A stretch of 64,000 nt of DNA from positions 1 to 64,000 of IMG/VR virus record IMGVR_UViG_3300025015_000022; one strand, written 5' to 3'. Each line of letters begins with the position of its first letter. Within the stretch, counting starts at the first letter, position 1. Below the pieces are notes generated by a model that saw only the letters and a list, made by a program, of their open reading frames with translations, was not told where the DNA came from and ran no database searches. The stretch is from a virus (lineage: Duplodnaviria; Caudoviricetes). This document shows positions 7,685 to 16,729 of the stretch, piece after piece. The position numbers were made by a program, and so were the translations under genes.

Positions 7685-9677
7685 GCACGACGTCCGCGCG
7701 CTGGTCACCGAGAAGGGCTGGGAGGTGCTGTTCGAGGCCGCCCGTGAACTGTGGCTGAAGGTGTGCCCGCTCTGCGGTGGCGAGAGCCGTGACGTGAGCG
7801 ACAAGGCGTGCAGCTTCAACCTCGACAGCGGGGCGTTCCGCTGCTTCCGCGGTGGCTGTGCAGGTGGAGGTGGCAAGGGCCAGGGGCTCAACATCTGGAC
7901 GCTGCGCAAGGCCATCGGCGACGTGCTCGACATCGGCAGCTACACGCCGGGGAAGGTCGAGAAGGCGAAGGCCGCGGAGTACGTGCAGCGCTTGGCCACC
8001 GCCAAGGCGAAGCTCGCCAACGCCGATGGACCGGAGGCGTGGCACCGGCTGCTACTGGAGACGCCAGCCGCGCTGGAGTGGCTGGCGACGTGTGGCGGAC
8101 CGCTGAAGGGGCGAGGGCTCACACGGGAGACGGTCGAGCGCTTCCACCTCGGTCTGCACAAGGACGGACCGGAGCCGAAGGATCGGCGGTGGCTCACGAT
8201 CCCGTACTACCACGACGGCGAGCCCGCGCTCGTGAAGGAGCGCGCCATCGGGAACGTGGCGAAGGACGATTCGAGGTTCCGCCGCAGTCCTGCAGGTGCG
8301 CCATCGCTCATGTGGAATGCGGACGCGATCGCAGCGGGTGGCAGCCACGTGTACCTGTGCGAGGCCGAGATCGATGCGATCAGCCTGGAGCAGCTCGGGT
8401 TTTCGCCAGCGGTGGCAGCTAGCGCAGGCGCAGGTGCGTTTCCCGACGAGTGGCGCGAGCAGCTCGAGGCCGTCGAGAACATCGTGATCGTGTACGACAA
8501 CGACGCGATGGACGAGACGAGGACTGACGGGAAGAACCCCGGGGAGGATGGCGCCAGGAAGGTCGCGGAGGAGTTGGGCCCGTGGCGGTGCTACCGAGTG
8601 CAGCTCCCGCGAAAGGACGTCAACGACTGCCTGGTGCACTACGGGCCCACGGCGGCAGACGAGATCCGCAAGGCGATGGCGGCGGCGAAGCGCATGGGCG
8701 GGACGGGCATCGTGCACGTGAGCGAGGCCTTCGACGAGCTGCTGGCAGACCCGCTGGCGTCGGACTCGGGGTGGCAGACGGAATGGGATGGGTTGAACGC
8801 TGCGATCGGCGGCATCCGCAACGAGCTGATCGTGGTGACGGGCGACACCGAGGCGGGCAAGACGACGTTTTGCAACGCGCTGTTGCTGTGCCTGGCGAAG
8901 GCTGGGGCGCCTGGGTTGATGATCTCGCCGGAGATGACCCGCAAGCAGATCGCCCGCAAGCAGGGGTCCATGGTCGCGGGCAAGTCGTTTTTCCTGATGG
9001 ACGAGAGCGAGCGCCGGGCGGCCCGTGACGAGTTGGCGGAACTGCCGGTGCACGTCGGGCACTTCGAGGGCATGGTCGGTCTGAAGGTGGTCGAGAAGAC
9101 GATCGAGGCCTTCGTGCGTCGGCACCGCGGTCGCGTGGTGTTCGTCGACCATCTGGATTTCATCATGGACTGGCAGGCGCGGGACGAGCGGCACGAGATC
9201 AACCGCGTGGTGTTGGAAGTGCAGGGGTGGCCGGCGAAGTACGGGGTGGCGCTGGTGCTGGTGGCGCACCCGACGAAGAACCGGGTCAACCAGGTGACGG
9301 GGAAGAGCCGGCGCATCACCCGCGACGACATCCGTGGGTCGGCGGCGATCAAGCAGATGGCGATGACAATCCTGAGCCTCGACCGCGTTGGCGGCTCGCG
9401 GCTGAAGGTGTACGACGAGAAGGTCAGGTGGGACGGCATCCGGGTTCCTGGTGCGGTGCTGCTGGAGTACGACACGCGGACCATGCGCTACGTCGAGGTC
9501 GAGGAAGAGCAGGTCGTGAAGCGCCCACCGAAGGGCGCGAAGGCGAAGGGCAGCAACGGCCAGGCGGATCTCGAGGTCGGGACGACGAGTGGCCGGGATG
9601 GGGTCGACGGTGTGATCGATGCGCTGGAGGCGGCCGTGTTGGCCGACACCGGTGACGATGACGAAGCTGGGAGGTGA
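7668..9677 (+). CDS. primase-helicase (zinc finger + TOPRIM + T7 gp4/Twinkle-like helicase)
   Basis: GGAGGT RBS before GTG 7668. CPLC...CFRGGC, YLCEAEIDAIS, VYDND, GDTEAGKTT, FVDHLD, LVAHPTK, DIRGSAAIKQ. Confidence 0.9.
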   Translation: MHFDAEHDVRALVTEKGWEVLFEAARELWLKVCPLCGGESRDVSDKACSFNLDSGAFRCFRGGCAGGGGKGQGLNIWTLRKAIGDVLDIGSYTPGKVEKAKAAEYVQRLATAKAKLANADGPEAWHRLLLETPAALEWLATCGGPLKGRGLTRETVERFHLGLHKDGPEPKDRRWLTIPYYHDGEPALVKERAIGNVAKDDSRFRRSPAGAPSLMWNADAIAAGGSHVYLCEAEIDAISLEQLGFSPAVAASAGAGAFPDEWREQLEAVENIVIVYDNDAMDETRTDGKNPGEDGARKVAEELGPWRCYRVQLPRKDVNDCLVHYGPTAADEIRKAMAAAKRMGGTGIVHVSEAFDELLADPLASDSGWQTEWDGLNAAIGGIRNELIVVTGDTEAGKTTFCNALLLCLAKAGAPGLMISPEMTRKQIARKQGSMVAGKSFFLMDESERRAARDELAELPVHVGHFEGMVGLKVVEKTIEAFVRRHRGRVVFVDHLDFIMDWQARDERHEINRVVLEVQGWPAKYGVALVLVAHPTKNRVNQVTGKSRRITRDDIRGSAAIKQMAMTILSLDRVGGSRLKVYDEKVRWDGIRVPGAVLLEYDTRTMRYVEVEEEQVVKRPPKGAKAKGSNGQADLEVGTTSGRDGVDGVIDALEAAVLADTGDDDEAGR

Positions 9678-10633
9678 GGATCATGGGCGACGAGAAGTTG
9701 GTGGCGACTGGGTCGGTGGACGTGAAGGCCCGGGGGCACGCGGAGGCGAAGTGCGCGAAGTGCCACGGCACGGAGTGGAACGACCCCCGCATGAGCCACA
9801 CAGGGGGCATGGTGTCGATCGAGTGCGCGGCGTGCCAGCGGCGCAAGAAGGTGTTTCCGCCGATGCTGATCCTGCTGGCGGATGGCGCGGTGCACGAGGT
9901 GCTGTGGCACGAGGACGAGATCCAGCGCAAGCCGAAGCTCGAGGGCGACCTCGACGACGAGAAGTTCGTCACGGTCACATTCAAGGTCCCCAAGGCGGTG
10001 CGCGGGCGGCTGCGGTTCGCGGGTGCGATCGCTCGCGTGCTGAACGGCATCGACGCCGAGGGTGCGTGGCCGGTGTCGGTCATCGAGGCCATCGCAGAGG
10101 ACTACATCCAGGGCAACGAGCACCTGGTGACGGGCGTGACGCTTACGGAGACCGACGACGGCGACTTCGTGGCCGAGATCGCGGACGACGCGACGACGAC
10201 GCAGCACGAGCGGTCGGAGAGCGTGCGGCGCAAGATGACCGAGATGGGCACCGACCAGGTGGCGAAGGCGACGATGGCGCTCGCGGAGGAAGAGGGGCTG
10301 GCGGGTGACGAGCCCACGGTGGCGGACCTCGACGACGACGGCCCGCTGGGCGGCGAGACCACCGAGACCACCGCCGAGACCACCGCCGAGCAGCCGGCGA
10401 AGGGCTGGACGCCGCGGGTGGTGGGTGACGACGACCGGGCTGTGAGCGACGGCCAGCCGGTGGACGCGAAGACGGTGGGGCGCGCGGGGGAGCTTGAGCA
10501 GATGACGAACGAGTCGCTGGTGAAGCTGGCGCACGGGATGGGGCTGGTGGCCACGCCGCGCATGCCCAAGCGGCTTCTCGTGAGGATGATCATCGACGTC
10601 GAGTTCCCCCACACCGAAGCGCGGGGCGAGTAG
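9674..10633 (+). CDS. hypothetical protein: N-terminal zinc finger, C-terminal Rho-N-like helical domain
   Basis: CAKC/CAAC. LEQMTNESLVKLAHGMGL...PKRLLVRMII. Confidence 0.6.
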   Translation: MRIMGDEKLVATGSVDVKARGHAEAKCAKCHGTEWNDPRMSHTGGMVSIECAACQRRKKVFPPMLILLADGAVHEVLWHEDEIQRKPKLEGDLDDEKFVTVTFKVPKAVRGRLRFAGAIARVLNGIDAEGAWPVSVIEAIAEDYIQGNEHLVTGVTLTETDDGDFVAEIADDATTTQHERSESVRRKMTEMGTDQVAKATMALAEEEGLAGDEPTVADLDDDGPLGGETTETTAETTAEQPAKGWTPRVVGDDDRAVSDGQPVDAKTVGRAGELEQMTNESLVKLAHGMGLVATPRMPKRLLVRMIIDVEFPHTEARGE

Positions 10634-10888
10634 ATGGCAACGCCGATCATCGTGGGCGAGGGGTCCGCACGGTACCTGGAGCGCATGGCTGCGAACGCCG
10701 CGCGAGCCGAGGGGATCTTGCGCTACCTCTCGCCCGCGGTGCGTCGGCTGCACGGGTGGGAGCGCGAGATGGTGGAGCGCGTGATTGGCGAGGTTCGCGC
10801 GTGGCGGGCTGGCGGGGCGGTGCCCGGTATTGGCGACGAGACGCTGGTGAGGCTCGCGAGGATCGCAGAGCGGATGGACGGGGTGTAG
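10634..10888 (+). CDS. hypothetical protein
   Basis: Abuts both neighbours; phage-like codon use. Confidence 0.6.
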   Translation: MATPIIVGEGSARYLERMAANAARAEGILRYLSPAVRRLHGWEREMVERVIGEVRAWRAGGAVPGIGDETLVRLARIAERMDGV

Positions 10889-11605
10889 GTGATGATCCTG
10901 CTGAAACCTAGCGTGGTGCTGGAGTTCGGGCCGACCAATGAGGAAGCGGTGCGCATCTTGGAAGCGGCCGGGCGCGTGTGCTACAAGAGCGAGGCCAAGA
11001 GCGACGGGTCGCTGGCAGGTGCCGAGGCCTTCATCCGGAGGATCATCGAGCGCGGTCACGAGTCGGTGCTGGAGCACGTCGGCTGGACCCTGCGTTTCAT
11101 CACCGACCGAGGGGTCACGCACGAGTTGGTGCGTCACCGGATCGGGGTGGCGTTCTCGCAGGAGAGCACCCGGTACGTCGACCAGACGGCAGAGGGACAC
11201 GGCGGGCACTGCCAGTTCATCATTCCAAGCGGCATGTTCTACCGGTGTGCCATCACCCCAGGCCAGTACGAGAAGGGCCATCGTGCAGGTGTCGGGCTGA
11301 TCGGCGCTGACGACTTCGAGTTCGGGTGGGACTGGCTGGAGTGCCGGTGGTTCAACGTCATGCTGGAGGCAGAAGAGGCGTACAGCATCATGCGTCAGCA
11401 GGGGGTCTCACCGCAATGGGCTCGGGCGGTCCTGCCCAACTCGACCAAGACCGAGATCGTCATGACCTGCAACGCACGCGAGTGGCGGCACATCTTGAAG
11501 CTGCGTACCTCGTCGGCGGCGCACCCGCAGATGCGCGAGGTCATGGACGTAGCTCAGGCGCTGCTCGCCGAGCGGTGCCCGGTGCTGTTCGGTGTGACGC
11601 CATGA
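10889..11605 (+). CDS. thyX: FAD-dependent thymidylate synthase
   Basis: AGRVCYKS, GHESVLEH, ELVRHR-x5-SQESTRYV signature, ARAVLPNSTKTEIVMT.N.REWRH. Confidence 0.95.
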   Translation: MMILLKPSVVLEFGPTNEEAVRILEAAGRVCYKSEAKSDGSLAGAEAFIRRIIERGHESVLEHVGWTLRFITDRGVTHELVRHRIGVAFSQESTRYVDQTAEGHGGHCQFIIPSGMFYRCAITPGQYEKGHRAGVGLIGADDFEFGWDWLECRWFNVMLEAEEAYSIMRQQGVSPQWARAVLPNSTKTEIVMTCNAREWRHILKLRTSSAAHPQMREVMDVAQALLAERCPVLFGVTP

Positions 11606-11994
11606 CCACCCCCGCGCGCTCCCCCCGCCACCTCGCCACCGTCCGCACCCGCCCGTGCTGCCTTCGTGGTCTCGGGATGGGGCACTGCTTGGGGCCCGTC
11701 GAAGCGCACCACGCGTTCGGGAGCGCGACGGGTGGGGGCAAGGCGTTGAAGGGGTCGGACTTCGCGGCGGTCCCGCTGTGCCACCTGCACCACCAACGCC
11801 TGCATTCGGAGGCGGTGCCGGCTGTGTGGCTGGTCGAGATCGCGGCGGCGGCGATTCGGGGGGCGGTGGATGCGCTGGGCGAGGAAGGCGTCGAGGTGTC
11901 GGCGCTGGGCACGAAGGCGTTGCGGCTGGCGATCGGGCGGGCGGTGGGCGAGGTGGTCGAGACGGTGGACGAACTGGCGGGAGGTGGCGAGTGA
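11602..11994 (+). CDS. DUF968/Ref-like HNH-type protein
   Basis: RSPRHLATVRTRPCC...EAHH...GSDFAAVPLCHLHHQRLH. ATGA overlap with thyX. Confidence 0.7.
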   Translation: MTTPARSPRHLATVRTRPCCLRGLGMGHCLGPVEAHHAFGSATGGGKALKGSDFAAVPLCHLHHQRLHSEAVPAVWLVEIAAAAIRGAVDALGEEGVEVSALGTKALRLAIGRAVGEVVETVDELAGGGE

Positions 11995-12884
11995 GTTACA
12001 TGAGCATGGAGAACCTGTACAGGCCGCGTGCGCAGCGGATCCTGGAGTTCCGGCGGCTGTACGCGATGGAGAAGGTGCACGGCACGAGTGCGCACGTGAT
12101 GTACCGCGGCGGGGTTGTGCACGGCTCGTCGGGAGGCGCCGGAGCCAAGGCGTTCGAGGCGTGCTTCGACCGGCTGGCGCTGTGCGAGGCATTTCGTGCG
12201 CTGGGCCACGACAATGTGACCGTCTACGGCGAGGCATACGGCGGCAAGATGCAGGGGATGCGGCACACCTACGGCGACGCGCTGCGCTTCATCGCGTTCG
12301 AGGTGAAGATCGGCGAGACGTGGCTCGACGTGCCGAATGCCTGCGACGTTGCGACGAAGCTCGGTCTGGAGTTCGTGCCGTGGGTGGAGGTCGAGGCGCC
12401 GACGCGTGAGGCCATGATCGCGGCGCTGGACGAACAGCGCGACGCGCCGTCGCAGGTGGCGGTTTGGCGTGGCGTCAATGTCGAGAAGCCCCGCGAGGGG
12501 ATCGTGATTCGCCCGCCGTTCGAGTGCGTGAGCAGCGACGGGACGCGGTTGATCGCGAAGCACAAGGGCGCTGCGTTCGCCGAGCGCGCGCACCCGCCGA
12601 AGGTGGTCGACCCGGGGGATCTCGAGATCCTGCGTGACGCGGAGGCCATCGCCACCGAGTGGTGTACCGGAGAGCGTCTGCGACACGTGCTCGACGCGCT
12701 GGGGGTCGTCGACCTTGCGCCGGAGCACACGGGCAAGGTGATCGCTGGCATGGTCGCGGACATCGAACGCGAGGCCAGCGGTGAGGCGGAGTTAACGCGC
12801 GAGGCTCGGAAGGCCATCGGGACGGCGGCTGCGCGGCTGTACAAGGAAGCGCAGAAGGCTTCGTTGGCTGGAGGTGGCGATTGA
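11991..12884 (+). CDS. Rnl2-like RNA ligase
   Basis: Nucleotidyltransferase motifs EKVHGTS (I), YGEAYG (III), FIAFEV (IIIa), EGIVIRP (IV), IAKHK (V). GTG 11991 overlaps the upstream stop. Confidence 0.85.
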   Translation: MSYMSMENLYRPRAQRILEFRRLYAMEKVHGTSAHVMYRGGVVHGSSGGAGAKAFEACFDRLALCEAFRALGHDNVTVYGEAYGGKMQGMRHTYGDALRFIAFEVKIGETWLDVPNACDVATKLGLEFVPWVEVEAPTREAMIAALDEQRDAPSQVAVWRGVNVEKPREGIVIRPPFECVSSDGTRLIAKHKGAAFAERAHPPKVVDPGDLEILRDAEAIATEWCTGERLRHVLDALGVVDLAPEHTGKVIAGMVADIEREASGEAELTREARKAIGTAAARLYKEAQKASLAGGGD

Positions 12885-13138
12885 ATGTGCTGACCACGGA
12901 CAGGACTGGCGCGAAGAAGCTCGGCATGTACCCGCCTGGCGCGGTGGTCCAACTGCGCGAAGGGGTCGAAGGTCCAGACCAGCGCGTGGGCCACGTGGTC
13001 AGGACGTTCCTGGCGCCGATTGGGTACAGCGTTCAGCATGGCCGCGCTGGCGACAAGTGCCCGTTCAATTGGGGGCAGGCAGAGGTCGAGCGCGTTGGGT
13101 GGCGGCGGGCGCTGCGGTACCGCGTGACGGGGAGGTGA
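12881..13138 (+). CDS. hypothetical SH3-like small protein
   Basis: Overlaps the ligase stop; beta-rich sequence. Confidence 0.5.
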   Translation: MNVLTTDRTGAKKLGMYPPGAVVQLREGVEGPDQRVGHVVRTFLAPIGYSVQHGRAGDKCPFNWGQAEVERVGWRRALRYRVTGR

Positions 13139-13142
13139 CGAC

Positions 13143-13511
13143 GTGAATGTTGGACGCGACTTCAAGGTGATCGACGGGTTGCCGGTGTGCCAGACGCCGC
13201 GGGCGTTCGAGGCGTGCTGTGACGACTGCGCTGGGCTGGGGAACGACGGCGACGGAACGCCCCTGTGCATGGGCGAGGTGCGTGACGACCGCGCACGCCT
13301 GGTCGAGATCGCGCGGGTGGTCTACGGCCCCGACTACAGCGAGGCGTACGACAGCGAGCGGTCGCTGGCTGGGCTGGCGCAGGCGGTGGCGGCTGGGTGG
13401 GGCGAGAAGGAGCGGCTGCGGGGGGTGGCAGAGCTCTACGCGCGCTCCGACGACCTGGTGACTGCCGGCTGCCACTGCGACGGCGGCTGTGACGGGGGTC
13501 ACCATGGCTGA
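13143..13511 (+). CDS. hypothetical Cys-rich protein
   Basis: GGAGGT RBS; CCDDC and CHCDGGC. Confidence 0.55.
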   Translation: MNVGRDFKVIDGLPVCQTPRAFEACCDDCAGLGNDGDGTPLCMGEVRDDRARLVEIARVVYGPDYSEAYDSERSLAGLAQAVAAGWGEKERLRGVAELYARSDDLVTAGCHCDGGCDGGHHG

Positions 13512-14256
13512 CACCATGCGTCTGCGCGTCCAGCCCGCGAGCGTCGACACCCTCTCACGTGCCATCGTCACGGGGACGATTCGCGCGCTGTCGGTGCGGC
13601 AACCATGGGCCACTCTGCTCGTGGCAGGCTACAAGACGACGGAAAATCGCGATTGGCGCCCGCATGAGCGACTGCTGACCGACGCGGGCGGCTGGCTGTT
13701 GGTGCACGCGTCGAAGATCGCTGACACCCCGCGAGCTCACCGCGAGATCGACGACGTGGCTCGTCAGCACGTGGGACCGCTGCCACGCGAGGACGTCGAC
13801 ACCATCCTGCGGGCGATCGCGGGGGTGGACGTGGCTGCACTCGACGAATGGATGCAGTCGCGGGTTGCGGGGTGCGTCGAGGACCTGCGGATGGCGGACA
13901 CGACGTGTCTCCACTACCTGCTGGCGGCGAAGCAAGCGGTCGACGGGAAGGGTGGTGGCCAGAGGACAGGCGCCATCCTCGGAGCTGTGCACGTCGAGGG
14001 CTTCTCCGGTGGCGAGATGGGCGAGTGGGAGCCCGCGGACCCGTGGAAGGAAGACGGATCGATCGGGTGGCACGTGGACGCGGCGATCGACTTCCACGTG
14101 GGTGTCGCGGCGAATGGGTCGCTGGGGTTGTGGGCGCCCGACGACGCAACGCGGTTGGAGATCGGCGTCACCCGCCCGCTGTGGCGGTTGACCAGGTACA
14201 ACGGGGCGTTGGTGTTGCCCGCGACGGCGCTGGTAGAGTGCAACGCTGCGCGATGA
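13504..14256 (+). CDS. ASCH domain protein with long insertion
   Basis: ALSVRQPWATLLVAGYKTTENRDW, LLVHAS, GAILGAV, GSLGLW. Confidence 0.8.
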   Translation: MADTMRLRVQPASVDTLSRAIVTGTIRALSVRQPWATLLVAGYKTTENRDWRPHERLLTDAGGWLLVHASKIADTPRAHREIDDVARQHVGPLPREDVDTILRAIAGVDVAALDEWMQSRVAGCVEDLRMADTTCLHYLLAAKQAVDGKGGGQRTGAILGAVHVEGFSGGEMGEWEPADPWKEDGSIGWHVDAAIDFHVGVAANGSLGLWAPDDATRLEIGVTRPLWRLTRYNGALVLPATALVECNAAR

Positions 14257-14753
14257 TGGGGGGGGTGGCGATGTTCCACGCGATGTTTGAGATCCCTGGC
14301 GAACCGAAGGCCAAGCAGAGCGGGCGCCTGGGCACCGTACCGGACGCGCACTCGAAGACGGGGTTCCGCGCGATCATGTTCCCCGACAAGGACGTGAAGC
14401 AGTGGCAGAACCTCGTGGTGATGGCCGGGCGGTCGGTGACGCCGTTGGTTCCGCTGGCGGTTCCCCTGCGCGTCGAGGTCGTGGCCACGTTCGCCAGGCC
14501 GAAGAACCTGACCGAGCGCTACAAGGACGGCAGGCTCAAGAACGGGGCGCTCGAAGGGCGCATGTACTACGACCAGAAGCCCGATGGCGACAACGTGCTC
14601 AAGGGGATCAAAGATTCTCTACAGCAGGCGGGGTTCTGCGACGACGACAAGCGGTTCGTGGTCGAGGTGGTCTGCCGGTACTACGTGGCGATCGGTGAGG
14701 CACCGGCGGTGACGGTGGAGATCGAAGAACTGGACGCCAGCGACCCGGTGTGA
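14253..14753 (+). CDS. rusA: RusA-like Holliday junction resolvase (start may be 14271)
   Basis: FEIPGEPKAK, KPDGDNVLKGIKDSL...DDDK. Confidence 0.88.
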   Translation: MMGGVAMFHAMFEIPGEPKAKQSGRLGTVPDAHSKTGFRAIMFPDKDVKQWQNLVVMAGRSVTPLVPLAVPLRVEVVATFARPKNLTERYKDGRLKNGALEGRMYYDQKPDGDNVLKGIKDSLQQAGFCDDDKRFVVEVVCRYYVAIGEAPAVTVEIEELDASDPV

Positions 14754-14878
14754 CGATCCGCGTCTACAAGAGCGAGAAGGGCGTTTTGACGATGGTGATT
14801 TTCCAAACGGGTCGTCGGTAGGGTTCGCGGCTGGTCGTCGCGGATCGATACGGCGCGTTGCAAGCGGAGGGGCGATCG

Positions 14879-15643
14879 ATGGGCACGAGGGCGAGAGCGA
14901 ATGGCAAGAAGCGGGTGACGTGCTACCGGCAGCCGGCGGTGTCGGAGGCGGTGAAGCTGGCTGCGGAGGTGTCCACGCTGCGCCTGGCCAACGAGCGTCT
15001 GGGCCACGAGGTCGAGGCGCTGCGTGCCACGGTCGAGACGTACGACCATGTGGCAGAGGCGCGGGCGGCGTCCACCGAGGTCGCGGCCGTCGAGGCGTCG
15101 CTGCGCCGGATGGCCGACGAGCTGACCGCGGCGGTGGAGCGGGCGACCGCGGGGATGCAAGCCTCGGTGGCCGACGCGATCCGCCTGGGCGACGAGTACG
15201 GGCAGGTCGCGAAGTCGGCGCTGTCGTCGGCGCGGTCGGTGCGGAGTGATGCTCGGAAGGCGGTCGACCTGGTGCTCGTGGCGCAGTCGGTGGAGCGTGG
15301 GCAGTTGGAGCGGGCGTTGGTGGAGAACGGCCACCTTGCGGTGATGCTCGACGAGGTGGTGACGAGCGAGGGCCTGGCGCCGGCGTGGATGCTCGCGGAG
15401 TTCGAGAAGCTGACGAAGCAGCCGCGCGGTGAGACGCTGAACAAGGCGAAGATCCGCTACGTCGAGAAGGTGATCACGTGGTCGCTGAACCAGCGGGCAC
15501 GGGCTGCGGGTCGTGCGCCGGTGGTGGGTGAGCAGGCGGTTGAGCGGGTGGCATCCGAGCCCGTGGCCGTCGTCGAGAGCGTCTCTTCCCCCGTCGTCGA
15601 GCCCATCACCGAGCCCGTGCAGGTCGACCAGCCCGTCGCGTGA
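14879..15643 (+). CDS. coiled-coil hypothetical protein
   Basis: GGAGGGG RBS; heptad-rich Ala/Glu/Arg sequence. Confidence 0.6.
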   Translation: MGTRARANGKKRVTCYRQPAVSEAVKLAAEVSTLRLANERLGHEVEALRATVETYDHVAEARAASTEVAAVEASLRRMADELTAAVERATAGMQASVADAIRLGDEYGQVAKSALSSARSVRSDARKAVDLVLVAQSVERGQLERALVENGHLAVMLDEVVTSEGLAPAWMLAEFEKLTKQPRGETLNKAKIRYVEKVITWSLNQRARAAGRAPVVGEQAVERVASEPVAVVESVSSPVVEPITEPVQVDQPVA

Positions 15644-15681
15644 CCAACTCAACAAAAGTTACGTCGGCCTCCGATTTTTTG

Positions 15682-15710
15682 TTGCCACGTCCACCGATCT
15701 GGGGTATCTT
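15682..15710 (+). promoter_or_regulatory. sigma70-type promoter with AT-rich upstream element
   Basis: TTGCCA 15682-15687, 17-nt spacer, TATCTT 15705-15710; upstream CAAAAGTT and ATTTTTT. Confidence 0.65.
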
Positions 15711-15716
15711 CAAGCC

Positions 15717-15995
15717 ATGGAAGAGACGAACACCAGCAAGGGGACGACGATGGCCACGATGACGCAGACTGAAGCCCGCCGCGTGTTCGACGAGGTGATC
15801 GCCAAGTCGACCGATGCAGACCAGGTGGCCAAGGTCGAGATGCTCCGCGAGTTCTTCTGCAACCCTGGCTTCCGCGCGGCGATGGCCGACGAGGTCGCCC
15901 GCATCAATGACGCACAGCCCGTGTGGGTGATTGCCTGCGGTAAGCCGGACGGTACGACGAGCGGCGGCTTCCGCATCCCCCGCCCCACGCTGTAG
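15717..15995 (+). CDS. small helical protein, paralog A (start 15717, 15750 or 15759)
   Basis: 54-aa block matches 16214-16378. Confidence 0.7.
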   Translation: MEETNTSKGTTMATMTQTEARRVFDEVIAKSTDADQVAKVEMLREFFCNPGFRAAMADEVARINDAQPVWVIACGKPDGTTSGGFRIPRPTL

Positions 15996-16004
15996 GAGAC
16001 GACG

Positions 16005-16217
16005 ATGGCCAGCACGACGAGCACGGCGCGAGTCCAGGTGTGGAACCACAAGGGCAACGGTCGGACCACGTGGCGCGCGTGCACGGTGACGGGTCGTCGC
16101 CCGGCGCCGTTCTCGTTCGCAGCGCGCGGCAAGACGTGTGATTGGTTTGACGTGGTGACCAGCGACGGCGTGACGTACCGCAACTGCAACCCCGAGTGCG
16201 TGCGGGTGGCAGGATGA
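16005..16217 (+). CDS. hypothetical protein
   Basis: AGGAG RBS; stop overlaps the next ATG. Confidence 0.6.
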   Translation: MASTTSTARVQVWNHKGNGRTTWRACTVTGRRPAPFSFAARGKTCDWFDVVTSDGVTYRNCNPECVRVAG

Positions 16218-16378
16218 CGCGGGACGAAGCTCGCGCCATCTTCGACGACGTGATCGCCAAGTCGACGGACGCCGACCAGGTGGCCAAGGTCGAGTTGCTG
16301 CGCGAGTACTTCTGCAACGACGCATTCCGCGTGGCGATGGAAGACGAGATCGCCCGCATCAACGACGTTCAGCCGTAG
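16214..16378 (+). CDS. small helical protein, paralog B
   Basis: 41/54 aa identical to paralog A. Confidence 0.75.
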   Translation: MTRDEARAIFDDVIAKSTDADQVAKVELLREYFCNDAFRVAMEDEIARINDVQP

Positions 16379-16389
16379 GAGACGATGGC

Positions 16390-16725
16390 ATGCCCCCCAC
16401 CAAAAGCGAGCGCAGGCTCCACGAGACCATCCATCGACTGCGCAGCGAACTGGCCACGTCGAATGCGACGGTGGCGTACCTGCGCAAGCGGCTGCGGGAG
16501 GCTGCGATCGTGGTCGAGCCGGCGGGGGCGTCACGTGCCGAGGCGTTCGTTGATCCGCTGTACCGTGACGTGTTGCAGGCGTTTGGCATGGAAACGGCGT
16601 TGGCACTCACGAGCGACCCCGCGGACTGCGACGACGACCCCGCAGCCCACGCCGACGATTGCGGGCGTTGCGCGCTGTGCCCAGGCTTCGGCGACTGCGA
16701 CGACAACGAGAAGCACGGGGGGTGA
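16390..16725 (+). CDS. hypothetical protein with Cys-rich C-terminus
   Basis: AGGAG RBS; CGRCALC...C. Confidence 0.55.
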   Translation: MPPTKSERRLHETIHRLRSELATSNATVAYLRKRLREAAIVVEPAGASRAEAFVDPLYRDVLQAFGMETALALTSDPADCDDDPAAHADDCGRCALCPGFGDCDDNEKHGG

Positions 16726-16729
16726 CGAG

